The notes beneath the pieces are model-generated. The model worked only from the letters and a program-made list of their open reading frames with translations. It was not told the origin of the DNA and did no database searches. A program made the position numbers and the translations under genes. A stretch of 64,000 nt of DNA. It comes from an uncultured Bacteroidales bacterium (GTDB lineage: Bacteria > Bacteroidota > Bacteroidia > Bacteroidales > GWA2-32-17). Below are positions 18,061 to 27,941 of this stretch, in pieces; within the stretch, counting starts at the first letter, position 1, and every line of letters starts with the position of its first letter. The stretch lies in the NCBI GenBank assembly GCA_937960415.1, contig CALGPK010000031.1, positions 36,119-100,118 on the forward strand, in the 5' to 3' direction.

Positions 18061-19107
18061 ATGAAATTCTGTTTAATATTAACATTCATTAGTTTAATAA
18101 CATTTCTTGCAATTTCACAGGAAGATGATTTTAAAGCATATACAGAAGATACTACGATTGTACAAAGCAATGAATTCAAAACTTTTGAAGAATCAACCGA
18201 TAACATAAGTGTTTGTTCTCATTATCAAAAAGGTTGTCCTTATGCACAAAACAATTTAATAGATTGGTCATGGGGCAGTACTTTAACTATCACAGCAATA
18301 GCTCTTGCATTAACTATAATTGCTGGTATAATGGTTCGTTATAAGACAACCAGAAATTTTCGTAACATTATGTTAATCATAGGATTAGTTTTTTTTGGTT
18401 TTTACAATGGTGCTTGTCCATGTATGATAAGTAGTTTTCAGAATACAATACTTTACGTAGCCGGATATGATATAGATTGGACATCACTTTTGTGGTTTTT
18501 GGGACTTATACCCATTACTTATGTTTTTGGTAAAGTTTGGTGTGGTTGGGTTTGTCATTTGGGAGCACTGCAGGAGTTTTTGTATCGCCCAAAACTTCAT
18601 AGTTGGTTAACTAATGAAAAAACAGGAAAAATTTTAAAAATTATCCGCTACATTTTAATCATCGCCCTCATCATACAATTGCTTATCATGGGCAATATAT
18701 TCTGGTGCAAAATAGATCCATTTAAAGCCATCTTCAACATTCAACTAAATGTTCATTACGAGGTTGTGGCTTCAATATTGCTGGTTTTACTCCTTATATC
18801 ATCTCTGTTTTCTTTTCGCCCTTTTTGCCGTACTATTTGTCCGGTAGGTATTATTTTAGGCTGGATTAGCCACATTCCCGGTGCAAGCATTGTTGGTCTT
18901 AAATCGAAGCAATGTATTTCGTGCAAATTATGCTCCGAAACCTGCGATATACATGCTATAACCAGACGAAAAAACATTAGTTACATCGACAACAAGGAAT
19001 GTATTGCTTGTGGCGATTGCATTGACGAATGTAATAAATGTAGTTTAGAATTTTTACGAAAAAGTAGCAAAAATAAACCTGTACAAATCTTCAAAAAGTG
19101 GTATTAA
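18061..19107 (+). CDS. Membrane-bound 4Fe-4S polyferredoxin (NapH/MauN-like)
   Basis: ATG 18061. Several TM helices with GACPCM, WCGWVCHLGALQEF, FCRTICPVG. C-terminal ferredoxin motifs CISCKLCSETC and CIACGDCIDEC. Confidence 0.75.
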   Translation: MKFCLILTFISLITFLAISQEDDFKAYTEDTTIVQSNEFKTFEESTDNISVCSHYQKGCPYAQNNLIDWSWGSTLTITAIALALTIIAGIMVRYKTTRNFRNIMLIIGLVFFGFYNGACPCMISSFQNTILYVAGYDIDWTSLLWFLGLIPITYVFGKVWCGWVCHLGALQEFLYRPKLHSWLTNEKTGKILKIIRYILIIALIIQLLIMGNIFWCKIDPFKAIFNIQLNVHYEVVASILLVLLLISSLFSFRPFCRTICPVGIILGWISHIPGASIVGLKSKQCISCKLCSETCDIHAITRRKNISYIDNKECIACGDCIDECNKCSLEFLRKSSKNKPVQIFKKWY

Positions 19108-19172
19108 CATCCTTAAAAATAAGCAACTAAATTCATTACTTTTCGTCTTAATAAAAAATAGAAAAAACAAAA

Positions 19173-19583
19173 ATGAAAAAAATCGTAATCTTATTCATTT
19201 TATCGAAATTATATTCGTTTAGTCAAATTCATAACAACGACTATAAGTTAATCGAAGCACTTGGTGTGGAGCGTTATTCGTATTTAATGGAAAAATATCC
19301 CGACTCTTTAGAATATTACCATTTCATTCTTACCGATGGCTTTGATATAATGCTAAAACAACATGTCGATATTGAAAAATTATCAGGCGTAACAAGTATT
19401 ACCATTCCTTCCGATTGGCTTCAGAATGGCATTCCTCAGAAATCTAGCATCATTGTTTTTAAGCTTCCTGTGAAATTTGCTTCAAATCACTACCAATATT
19501 ATTTGATTGAAGGAACTGAATATGTTTTAAAAATAAAACCTTTAGATTACATTAATCGAAAATTTCAGGCAAAACCAAAATAA
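19173..19583 (+). CDS. Hypothetical small secreted protein (136 aa)
   Basis: Signal peptide MKKIVILFILSKLYSFSQ. Ends 2 nt before the adhesin start. No family recognised. Confidence 0.45.
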   Translation: MKKIVILFILSKLYSFSQIHNNDYKLIEALGVERYSYLMEKYPDSLEYYHFILTDGFDIMLKQHVDIEKLSGVTSITIPSDWLQNGIPQKSSIIVFKLPVKFASNHYQYYLIEGTEYVLKIKPLDYINRKFQAKPK

Positions 19584-19585
19584 AA

Positions 19586-22500
19586 ATGCCTATGAAAACA
19601 ATTGTTTCAAGCCTAATTGGCCTGTTTTTAATAATTATTTCGTTTGGACAAAATCAGGTAGTCATTTTAAACAACACAACTCACAACACTTCGGGTACAT
19701 ATTGCGGCTTTTGGTTTTACGACAATGGAGGTGCAAATGGAAATTATACCAACAACCAGGATTTTTGGATAACCCTAATGGGCAATCCTGCACCAAACAC
19801 TCATGTACGCATCAATTTTGCCAGTTTTGATATAAAACCCGATGACACGCTATACATTTACAACGGACCAGATATTACATCGCCGTTGTTAAGCAAACAT
19901 AATAATAACTACAACCCGCTGAATGGCTCCAATACCATGGTAATGGCCACATTAAGCAATCCTTCAGGAGCCCTAACTGTTCGATTAAAAACCAACGGAT
20001 CTAACACAGGAAGCGGATGGAATGCAACTATTATTTGTGGACAGGCTTGTCAGGCAATAGTTCCTCAAATTGATTTAACCAATACATCACCTCAACCTCA
20101 TTTTGAAAATGGATTCTGGTATATTGATATATGTGAAGGTGAAACTATAAATTTTGCTGCCTTAGCCGATAATACTGTTTTTCCGGAAAACGATATTCTG
20201 TATCACCAAGATGCTTCTAATTGTACTTTTAATTGGACATTTGGCGATCAAACCACAAGCACAGGACAAAATGTTTCTCATGCATACGCTCAACCGGGTG
20301 GATATAATGTTTATTTATCTATGACCGATCAAAATGGCTGTAATAGTTCACAACAAGCTTATGTAAGGGTAAGAATTGCTGGCAACCATATTGTTACGGT
20401 AAATCCTCCTTCGCCTATCTGTACAGGTGATACACTATTTATTGATGCTACCTATTCTCCATCATCGATTATAGTAACTACTGGAAACATTGGAATTACT
20501 CAAACTCAAATGTATAATACTGTTACCTATATTCCCGACGGTCCCAACTGTCCCCAACAATGTTATGGAACACCGGTTACCTTTACCAATTTTCCTCCCG
20601 GTGCTACCATTCAATCATCGGGCGATATAGAATCTATTTGCATCAACATGGAACACTCTTTTGCCGGCGATTTATCATTTCGCATCATCTGTCCAAACGG
20701 ACAAAGCGTAGTTCTTGATAGTTACGACAATTCTGGTGGATCGTATCTAGGACAAGCCAACGAAGAAGACTGTGGTTCATGTATTTCCAACCCACCTAAC
20801 TGCGGACAAGGAACACCCTGGACCTATTGTTGGTCTGAAATTTTTCCACAACAAGGCTTATTAAATAATCTTGATGCTGGAACGAGCCCTATTCCAGCAA
20901 CAGATATTGTTAATCATACCAATTATATCACTCCACAAAATCCCTTATCGGGACTTATTGGCTGCCCGCTCAATGGGACATGGAGTATAGAAATATGCGA
21001 CAATTGGGCTATTGATGACGGATGGGTTTTTTGGTGGTCGCTTACCCTCCAAAATCAAGCACAACTTAGTGGATGGTCTTATAGTGTTCCTGTTGATTAT
21101 GTCGATTTTCAAGGGTATAATTTTACCCAATTGACCGATACAACCGGATATATGATAGCCGATGCTATTGGTACTTTCCCCTATAACGTTATTGTTCATG
21201 ACATTTTTGGTTGTACTTATACAGCTAGTTTTAATGTACAGGTAGGCGGAGTCGTTCCTCCTATTCTTGGCAACGACACAACTATCTGTCAGGGCAATGC
21301 TGTTACCATCACTGCAAGTGGTGGGCAATCGTACACATGGAGCACGAATCAATCAGGAAATAGCATCATAGTTTCCCCTACTCAAACAACTACTTACACT
21401 GTAACTGCAACGGCAGGAAATGGTTGTACATTAACCGATCAAATTACAGTAAATGTAATTATTCCACCTCAAGCAAATGCTGGACAGGATGCAAATGTAT
21501 GTACACATACTTATACATTACAGGCAACTCCTACTGTTGGTACAGGTACATGGTCTTACAATGGTCCTGGAAATGCTACGTTCTCCAATATCAATAACCC
21601 CAACGCTACCGTTACCGTTAGTGCTGATGGTTTATACGAATTTATATGGACAGAAATAAATAATGATTGCTTTTCAAGTGATACAGTTTACATTCGTTTC
21701 ACAACACAACCCAATGCCAATGCTGGAAACGACATTACACTGTGTCAGCTTAACACTGTACTACAAGCAATCCCATCTGTTGGAATTGGCACATGGTTAC
21801 AAATATCAGGTCCTGGTACTATAAACTTTGCTAACATTCATGATCCTAATACAGAAATAACAACTACAACACAAGGTTCATATATTTTACAATGGACAGA
21901 AGATAATGGTTTTGGCTGTATCAGCCAGGATATATTAACCGTTACTTTATGGGAACAACCCGTTGCTAATGCAGGAACACTGGACTCTATTTGTTCCTTA
22001 ACATATCCAAACATGAATGCAATACCTTCTGTTGGTCAGGGAACATGGAGCCAATATTCAGGACCCGGAAATGCTCAATTTAACAATATCCATAGCCCTA
22101 CATCGTCGGTAACTGTGAGTACTTATGGTATATATCAATTTATATGGACCGAAAACAATAATGGTTGTATAAGCAAAGATACTGTTACCAAGATTTTCAA
22201 CTACATTCCTACTTCTACCTTTTCTGTTAATCCTATTAACTGTTTTCAAGATGTTACTACTGTTACATTTACCGGAATGGTCGATAGTGCCGTAGTTTAC
22301 AACTGGAATTTTGGAAATGCAACTATATTAAGTGGTAGTAATGGAGGTCCCTATCAAATAAGCTATTCAAATTCTGGAGTGTTTTCAATTACATTAACGG
22401 TTAGCCAACACGGTTGTACTTCTATTCCAACCACTATCAATATTTACAATCCTCCTTTATTAGAAGTTGAACTACATAAACAAGACATTTCATGCTTTGG

Positions 22501-23923
22501 TGCTATGGATGGTAAAATATTTACTACTGTAACAGGTGGAACTCCCCCCTACTTTTATCACTGGTCAAATGGCTCTCCCTCATCATTTATTGCTAATGCT
22601 AGTCAAGGTTATTATTATATCACGGTAACCGATTCAAAAGGTTGCAAAACTTATGATACTACTTACATATACGAACCCAATAAACTGTTTATCGATATTC
22701 CAGACACTATCTTTTTATGTAAAGATTCTTCTGTTAGCATTACAGCATCTGTTACAGGTGGAACTTACCCTTATTCGCTTTTATGGAACACCGGACAAGT
22801 TCAATCAACCATTTACGTATCGCCTCAGCAAAGTACATATTACTACCTGACTGTTACTGATGCCAATAACTGTAACGCTTTCGATCAAGTATTAGTATCT
22901 ATTTATCCTCCCTTAATTCTTAATTACTATACAACTAAAGATTCTATCTGTCCTGGTGAATTATTTTCAATTTTCCCATCGGTTTATGGTGGCAATGGCG
23001 GTCCTTATCAATACTACATAAATCAACAAGCAGTGAATGTACCCATTCATCTATATCCAAATTATTCTCAAGCATACCAACTCCTTGTTAAAGACGGATG
23101 CAACTATGAAGCAATAGCTAACATACCGGTTCATGTTTATCCATTGCCTCCTTTAAATCCGAGTTCTGATGTAATAGCAGGTTGTGAACCTTTAACTGTA
23201 ACATTTAACGACGGAAGTCCAGACGAAGGACAAACATATATTTGGGACTTTGGCGATGGAGAATCTGCTTACATAAAAAATCCTGTTCATATTTTCGAAA
23301 ATGAAGGAAATTACACCATTACCATTACCGTACAAAACGTTTATGGCTGTAAGGTTATCAATGTATATCCAAACTGGATAACAGTATATCCAGCTCCAAT
23401 TGCAAGATTTGAAAGAAATCCTATAAGAGCAAATATTTTAAAACCTGTATTCGAATTTACAAACCTTTCTATACTTGCCGATAGCGTTCTTTGGTATTTC
23501 GGCGATGGCGACTCTTCTAATATAAATAATCCCGTTCATATTTATCCCTCTCAGCCAGGAAGTTATTTGGTAACTCTTATAGCTTATACTCAAAAAGGTT
23601 GCGTCGATACAGCTTTTGTTTATGTATATGTCGATGATATTTATACCTTCTATGCTCCTACTGCTTTTAGCCCCGACGGAGATGGTATAAACGAATATTT
23701 CCGAGTATTCGGGCACGGTATAGATTCAAATGCATTTAGTTTAGTCATTTACGATCGTTGGGGCGAAATTATCTGGGAAAGCAACAACATTGAAACAAGA
23801 TGGGACGGAAAAGTTAAAAATGGTAAAATTGCACCTGTCGGTTCTTACACATGGTTAGCTAAATTCAGAGACATAAACGGTATATTACACGAACAAAGTG
23901 GAGTTGTAAACATTATAAGATAA
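19586..23923 (+). CDS. Giant secreted adhesin-like protein: CUB-like, PKD, proprotein-convertase P-domain, repeat modules, SprB repeats, PKD, T9SS type-B (gliding-motility) C-terminal domain
   Basis: 1445 aa with signal peptide. P-domain-like INMEHSFAGDLSFRIICPNGQSVVLDS...GTWSIEICDNWAIDDG. PKD units (WDFGDGESAYIKNPVHIF). SprB repeat ISCFGAMDGKIFTTVTGGTPPYFYHWSNG. C-terminal FYAPTAFSPDGDGINEYFRVFG...WDGK...GSYTW. Confidence 0.8.
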   Translation: MPMKTIVSSLIGLFLIIISFGQNQVVILNNTTHNTSGTYCGFWFYDNGGANGNYTNNQDFWITLMGNPAPNTHVRINFASFDIKPDDTLYIYNGPDITSPLLSKHNNNYNPLNGSNTMVMATLSNPSGALTVRLKTNGSNTGSGWNATIICGQACQAIVPQIDLTNTSPQPHFENGFWYIDICEGETINFAALADNTVFPENDILYHQDASNCTFNWTFGDQTTSTGQNVSHAYAQPGGYNVYLSMTDQNGCNSSQQAYVRVRIAGNHIVTVNPPSPICTGDTLFIDATYSPSSIIVTTGNIGITQTQMYNTVTYIPDGPNCPQQCYGTPVTFTNFPPGATIQSSGDIESICINMEHSFAGDLSFRIICPNGQSVVLDSYDNSGGSYLGQANEEDCGSCISNPPNCGQGTPWTYCWSEIFPQQGLLNNLDAGTSPIPATDIVNHTNYITPQNPLSGLIGCPLNGTWSIEICDNWAIDDGWVFWWSLTLQNQAQLSGWSYSVPVDYVDFQGYNFTQLTDTTGYMIADAIGTFPYNVIVHDIFGCTYTASFNVQVGGVVPPILGNDTTICQGNAVTITASGGQSYTWSTNQSGNSIIVSPTQTTTYTVTATAGNGCTLTDQITVNVIIPPQANAGQDANVCTHTYTLQATPTVGTGTWSYNGPGNATFSNINNPNATVTVSADGLYEFIWTEINNDCFSSDTVYIRFTTQPNANAGNDITLCQLNTVLQAIPSVGIGTWLQISGPGTINFANIHDPNTEITTTTQGSYILQWTEDNGFGCISQDILTVTLWEQPVANAGTLDSICSLTYPNMNAIPSVGQGTWSQYSGPGNAQFNNIHSPTSSVTVSTYGIYQFIWTENNNGCISKDTVTKIFNYIPTSTFSVNPINCFQDVTTVTFTGMVDSAVVYNWNFGNATILSGSNGGPYQISYSNSGVFSITLTVSQHGCTSIPTTINIYNPPLLEVELHKQDISCFGAMDGKIFTTVTGGTPPYFYHWSNGSPSSFIANASQGYYYITVTDSKGCKTYDTTYIYEPNKLFIDIPDTIFLCKDSSVSITASVTGGTYPYSLLWNTGQVQSTIYVSPQQSTYYYLTVTDANNCNAFDQVLVSIYPPLILNYYTTKDSICPGELFSIFPSVYGGNGGPYQYYINQQAVNVPIHLYPNYSQAYQLLVKDGCNYEAIANIPVHVYPLPPLNPSSDVIAGCEPLTVTFNDGSPDEGQTYIWDFGDGESAYIKNPVHIFENEGNYTITITVQNVYGCKVINVYPNWITVYPAPIARFERNPIRANILKPVFEFTNLSILADSVLWYFGDGDSSNINNPVHIYPSQPGSYLVTLIAYTQKGCVDTAFVYVYVDDIYTFYAPTAFSPDGDGINEYFRVFGHGIDSNAFSLVIYDRWGEIIWESNNIETRWDGKVKNGKIAPVGSYTWLAKFRDINGILHEQSGVVNIIR
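21467..22210 (+). repeat. Three tandem, diverged ~81-83-codon repeat modules inside the adhesin gene
   Basis: Each unit starts P-x-ANAG and contains P(T/S)VG-GTW...GPG...F-N(I)...P...W(T)E-N. Unit starts are at 21467, 21710 and 21959. Confidence 0.75.
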
Positions 23924-23950
23924 AAAAGGGCAACTCATAACTGCCCTTTT
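23924..23950. terminator. Hairpin terminator between the convergent adhesin gene and rplS
   Basis: AAAAGGGCA (23924-23932) / TGCCCTTTT (23942-23950), 9-nt loop, A/T runs on both sides. Confidence 0.65.
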
Positions 23951-23987
23951 CATTTTCTAAACAGAACCAAAAACTATGAAAACTATT

Positions 23988-24350
23988 TTATTCTGCTACA
24001 AGATTAAGTCTCTTTTCTTTAATCCGAGCTTTTTTACCAGTAAGTCCTCTTAAATAGAATAATTTAGCACGGCGAACTTTGCCTCGTTTATTAATTTCTA
24101 TACTTTCGATGTATGGTGAGTTTAATGGAAAAATACGCTCTACTCCAATTCCGTTGGAAATTTTGCGAACAGTAAAACTTGCTCCCGCACCTACTCCTCT
24201 TTTTTGAATTACTACACCTTTAAAACTCTGAATACGCTCTTTGTTTCCTTCTATAATTTTATAATTTACCGTTATGGTATCGCCGCTTTTGAATTCGGGA
24301 AAATCTTTTGCCGGCACAAGCTCATTTTCTACAAATTTAATCAGATCCAT
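23988..24350 (-). CDS. rplS: 50S ribosomal protein L19
   Basis: [54 protein letters not shown]. Confidence 0.95.
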   Translation of the reverse strand: MDLIKFVENELVPAKDFPEFKSGDTITVNYKIIEGNKERIQSFKGVVIQKRGVGAGASFTVRKISNGIGVERIFPLNSPYIESIEINKRGKVRRAKLFYLRGLTGKKARIKEKRLNLVAE

Positions 24351-24429
24351 GACAATAGGTTTTTACTTCTGAAATTCGAACTGCAAATTTACAAATTTTT
24401 TTAATACAAACTAATTTTATGATTTTTTT

Positions 24430-25656
24430 TTAAACTGCCGATTTCAAACGATTCATTACCTGACTATTAAGCTTATCCTGACAATAAACATCATCAACAA
24501 CGATTGTTTTTTGCTTTAACGTGGGAGCATCAAACATCAGATCTCTCATAACGGCTTCGCAAATAGAACGCAATCCACGAGCACCTAATTTGTATTCTAT
24601 GGCCTTATCAACTATAAAATCAAGTGCTTCGTTGGTAAACACAAGCTTAACACCATCCATTGCAAGCAAATGTTGGTATTGTTTAATAAGTGCATTCTTA
24701 GGTTCTGTTAAAATTTGTCGTAAAGCATTTCTATCGAGGGGCGTTAAATAAGTCAAAACTGGCAAACGTCCTATAAGTTCAGGAATCAGCCCGTATGCCT
24801 TTAAATCTTGTGGTGCAACGTATTGCAATAAATTGTTCCTATTAATTTTTTCATTTTCTTTGCTAGCCTTAAATCCAACCGTAGTAGTATTGAGTCGTTG
24901 TGCAATTTTCTTTTCAATACCATCGAATGCACCACCACATATAAACAATATGTCTTGAGTGTCGACCTCAATAAATCGTTGTTCGGGATGTTTACGCCCA
25001 CCCTGAGGAGGCACATTAACCTTCGAACCTTCGAGCAATTTTAGAAGCCCTTGCTGAACACCTTCGCCCGACACATCGCGCGTTATACTTGGATTGTCGC
25101 CTTTGCGAGCAATTTTATCTATTTCGTCAATAAATACTATTCCCTTTTCGGCTCTTTTAACATCGTAATCGGCAACTTGAAGCAATCGCGTCAAAATACT
25201 TTCTACATCTTCGCCTACATAACCAGCTTCGGTAAAAACAGTGGCATCGACAATGGTAAAAGGTACGTCTAACATCTTGGCAATGGTACGAGCCATAAGC
25301 GTTTTTCCTGTACCTGTTTCACCTACCATTATGATGTTCGACTTTTCGACTTCTACTTCATTTGACGCTTTTTTAGCTTTAAATACTCGTTTATAATGAT
25401 TGTAAACCGCAACGGCTAGTGTCTTTTTGGCCTCATCCTGGCCTATAACATATTGATTCAAAAATTCATATATTTGATTAGGCTTTAATAATTTAGGGAT
25501 AGCATCGGTGCTTTTAACTGAGCGATGGTCATTTAATGTTCCGGTAATAATATCGTGAGCTGATTCTATACAGTCGTCGCAAATGTAGGCAGATAAACCT
25601 TTAACCAACAAATTTACATTTTTTTCTGTCCTACCACAGAAAGAACAACGATTCAT
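24430..25656 (-). CDS. clpX: ATP-dependent Clp protease ATP-binding subunit ClpX
   Basis: N-terminal zinc ribbon CSFCGR...CDDC, Walker [19 protein letters not shown]. Confidence 0.95.
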   Translation of the reverse strand: MNRCSFCGRTEKNVNLLVKGLSAYICDDCIESAHDIITGTLNDHRSVKSTDAIPKLLKPNQIYEFLNQYVIGQDEAKKTLAVAVYNHYKRVFKAKKASNEVEVEKSNIIMVGETGTGKTLMARTIAKMLDVPFTIVDATVFTEAGYVGEDVESILTRLLQVADYDVKRAEKGIVFIDEIDKIARKGDNPSITRDVSGEGVQQGLLKLLEGSKVNVPPQGGRKHPEQRFIEVDTQDILFICGGAFDGIEKKIAQRLNTTTVGFKASKENEKINRNNLLQYVAPQDLKAYGLIPELIGRLPVLTYLTPLDRNALRQILTEPKNALIKQYQHLLAMDGVKLVFTNEALDFIVDKAIEYKLGARGLRSICEAVMRDLMFDAPTLKQKTIVVDDVYCQDKLNSQVMNRLKSAV

Positions 25657-25681
25657 AATAATTATTGTAGCTTAGTAAAAA

Positions 25682-26353
25682 TTATTTTTTCTTTTCTCTA
25701 AAAAGAACTTCGTCTATTAAACCATACTCTTTAGCTTCTGCTGCTGTCATCCAGTAATCGCGGTCGCTATCGGCAGCAACTTTTTCGTATGGTTGTCCAG
25801 AATGATGTGCTATAATTTCGTATAATTCTTTTCTTAATTTTAAAATTTCTTTGGCAGTAATTTCTATATCAGAAGCCTGACCTTCAGCAGCACCCATAGG
25901 TTGATGTAACATTACGCGACTATGAGTAAGAGCCGAACGTTTGCCTTTGGCGCCAGCTGTTAGTAATACTGCCCCCATCGAAGCTGCTATGCCTGTGCAA
26001 ATCGTAGCCACGTCGGCATTGATATACTGCATTGTATCGTAAATTCCTAAACCTGCATAAACCGAACCGCCCGGAGTATTGAAGTAAATTTGAATATCTT
26101 TGCTGGGATCGGTACTTTCCAAAAATAGCAACTGTGCCTGAATGATATTCGAAACATCGTCGTTTATTACAGTACCAAGAAAGATAATTCGGTCCATCAT
26201 TAAACGCGAAAACACGTCCATTGTAGCAATATTGAGCTGACGCTCTTCGATAATAGTTGGACTAATATAGCTACTGGTTACAGAAATATAGTGATGCAAT
26301 GTATTGCTGCTAATACCTTTGCCTTTTACAGCATATTTAAAAAATTCTTTCAT
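25682..26353 (-). CDS. clpP: ATP-dependent Clp protease proteolytic subunit
   Basis: IIFLGTVINDDVSNIIQAQLLFLES, catalytic region GIAASMGAVLL, MLHQPMG. Confidence 0.95.
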   Translation of the reverse strand: MKEFFKYAVKGKGISSNTLHHYISVTSSYISPTIIEERQLNIATMDVFSRLMMDRIIFLGTVINDDVSNIIQAQLLFLESTDPSKDIQIYFNTPGGSVYAGLGIYDTMQYINADVATICTGIAASMGAVLLTAGAKGKRSALTHSRVMLHQPMGAAEGQASDIEITAKEILKLRKELYEIIAHHSGQPYEKVAADSDRDYWMTAAEAKEYGLIDEVLFREKKK

Positions 26354-26365
26354 AGGTTATTGGTA

Positions 26366-27709
26366 TTATTTTTCTTCTTTAAGCTTTTTAATAAAATCTT
26401 CGTAACTTATTTCTTTTTCTTCCAAAGTTACTAAATTTTTTACAACATCTAAAATTTTCTCTTCTAGCTTTGCTTGATATATTCTATCTGCCTCTTTTTC
26501 ATTTTTTAGCACCTTTGATGCAAGATTGTTAACATATTCTTCGGGTAAGCTATAAATCCCATATTGTTTGAACTGATTTTTAACAACTTCCTTAGCTCCT
26601 TCGAGCATATCTTGTTCTGTTACCTGTATATTGTGTTCTCTTTGAATAGCTGCGTAAATAAGTTGTTCTTTTACGGCTTCGAGGTAAATGGGAAATTCCG
26701 ACTCGATGACTTCATCGCTAAGTTCTTTTCTGGAATTTTCTTTCAGTTGGCGTTTCAGGAACAATTCGGGCAAATCGACCTGTATTTTCGATAAAAGTTT
26801 TTTTCGCACATCGCTCTTCAATTTATATTGACTTTCTTCGTCTCTATAAGCCTTAATTTCCTGCTTAATTTTGTCGACAAATTCTTCGTAAGAGTTTACA
26901 ACGTTTTCGCCATAAATCTTATTCCATAGTTCTTGATTTAATTCAGCCTCTTTAAACTCATTGATCGATTTAATAATATAACGTAATGTTAATGATTCGG
27001 GTAGTTCTTCTTCCTTCTTGTTTATCAGCAGTGATAAATCTTTTTTATTTGGGAAAGCTTTGAATGCATCAAAAATTACTTCGTTGCCAACTTTTTTGCC
27101 TATAAATTGTTTTTTTATTTTCTTGTCCTGTACAACTGAAAGAAGAATTACACCGTCGGTATTGAGCATAGTGCTCGGGTCATTGTTGTCGTAAACTTCG
27201 CCTTTCAGTATTGAATTTTCAGTACTTTCTTCAACATCAATGTTTTGACCGTAAATTTTTTTGTAGTAATCCAAATATTTGTTAACACTATCTTCGTCAA
27301 CTTGTATCTTATATACGGGCACTTTATCTTTTTTGGATAGCTTAATTTCGACCTGAGGCCTAATACCCAGCTCAAAAGTTAATTTAAATGTCGGCTCATC
27401 TTCAACATCAACGGCATTAAAATTATTTTCGGATAAAATAGGGGTACCAAGAGTATCAATATTTTGCTCTTTTATATAATCCATTATTCGTTGTTGAATA
27501 ATTTTTTCAACTTCATCTAATATAACGGCTTTCTTGTATAACTTTGAAATTAAAGCCATGGGAGCCTTTCCGGGTCTAAACCCATTTATTTGAGCATGCT
27601 GACGAATTTTTCTTAACGATTTTTCTACTTGCTCCATGTAATCACTTCTTTCGAGTGTGATGTTGATAGCTTCATGTAAATTGCCAATTTCGTTTCTTTG
27701 AATTTCCAT
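26366..27709 (-). CDS. tig: Trigger factor
   Basis: Start moved to ATG 27709 (MEIQRNEIGNL) because the longer ORF runs into tRNA-Leu. GFRPGKAP motif. tig-clpP-clpX order. Confidence 0.9.
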   Translation of the reverse strand: MEIQRNEIGNLHEAINITLERSDYMEQVEKSLRKIRQHAQINGFRPGKAPMALISKLYKKAVILDEVEKIIQQRIMDYIKEQNIDTLGTPILSENNFNAVDVEDEPTFKLTFELGIRPQVEIKLSKKDKVPVYKIQVDEDSVNKYLDYYKKIYGQNIDVEESTENSILKGEVYDNNDPSTMLNTDGVILLSVVQDKKIKKQFIGKKVGNEVIFDAFKAFPNKKDLSLLINKKEEELPESLTLRYIIKSINEFKEAELNQELWNKIYGENVVNSYEEFVDKIKQEIKAYRDEESQYKLKSDVRKKLLSKIQVDLPELFLKRQLKENSRKELSDEVIESEFPIYLEAVKEQLIYAAIQREHNIQVTEQDMLEGAKEVVKNQFKQYGIYSLPEEYVNNLASKVLKNEKEADRIYQAKLEEKILDVVKNLVTLEEKEISYEDFIKKLKEEK

Positions 27710-27739
27710 AATGTAACAATACTTCTTATTAAAAACAAG

Positions 27740-27821
27740 TGCGGGTGAAGGGACTCGAACCCCCACGCCTTGCGGCACCAGATCCTAAGTCTGGCGCGTC
27801 TGCCAGTTCCGCCACACCCGC
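27740..27821 (-). tRNA. tRNA-Leu (anticodon UAG), class II with long variable arm
   Basis: The reverse complement GCGGGTGTGGCGGAACTGGCAGACGCGCCAGACTTAGGATCTGGTGCCGCAAGGCGTGGGGGTTCGAGTCCCTTCACCCGCA folds as a cloverleaf. Anticodon loop CTTAGGA. Confidence 0.9.
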
Positions 27822-27941
27822 AAAAATTAGATTGCAAAGTTACGAATATTTATTCACTTACAAAAAAATATTTTAGACTTGACTTTAAATAATAATTTTT
27901 TTTAACTTTGTGAGTAATTAAGTACCTAAATTTATTCAATT

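Noticed and set aside
20945-21352. A 135-aa antisense ORF inside the adhesin gene. Similar long shadow ORFs occur at 5833-6213, 58568-58870 and 59974-60258.
   Set aside because: They lie opposite strongly supported coding frames, have no signal or motif content and have odd composition. They are typical antisense shadows in AT-rich genes.
12371-24350. rpsP-rimM is separated from rplS by ~10 kb and the two are on opposite strands, with no trmD. This could mean an island or inversion split the classical rpsP-rimM-trmD-rplS operon.
   Set aside because: That operon is not universally intact. I cannot establish the ancestral order for this lineage without comparative data. The IS remnant is reported separately.
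27625-27837. A 70-aa ORF and the 23-codon N-terminal extension of the trigger-factor ORF (up to 27778), both overlapping the tRNA-Leu gene.
   Set aside because: Both run through a well-folding tRNA-Leu(UAG) at 27740-27821. Trigger factor has a normal N-terminus from ATG 27709. I treat them as ORF-caller artefacts.
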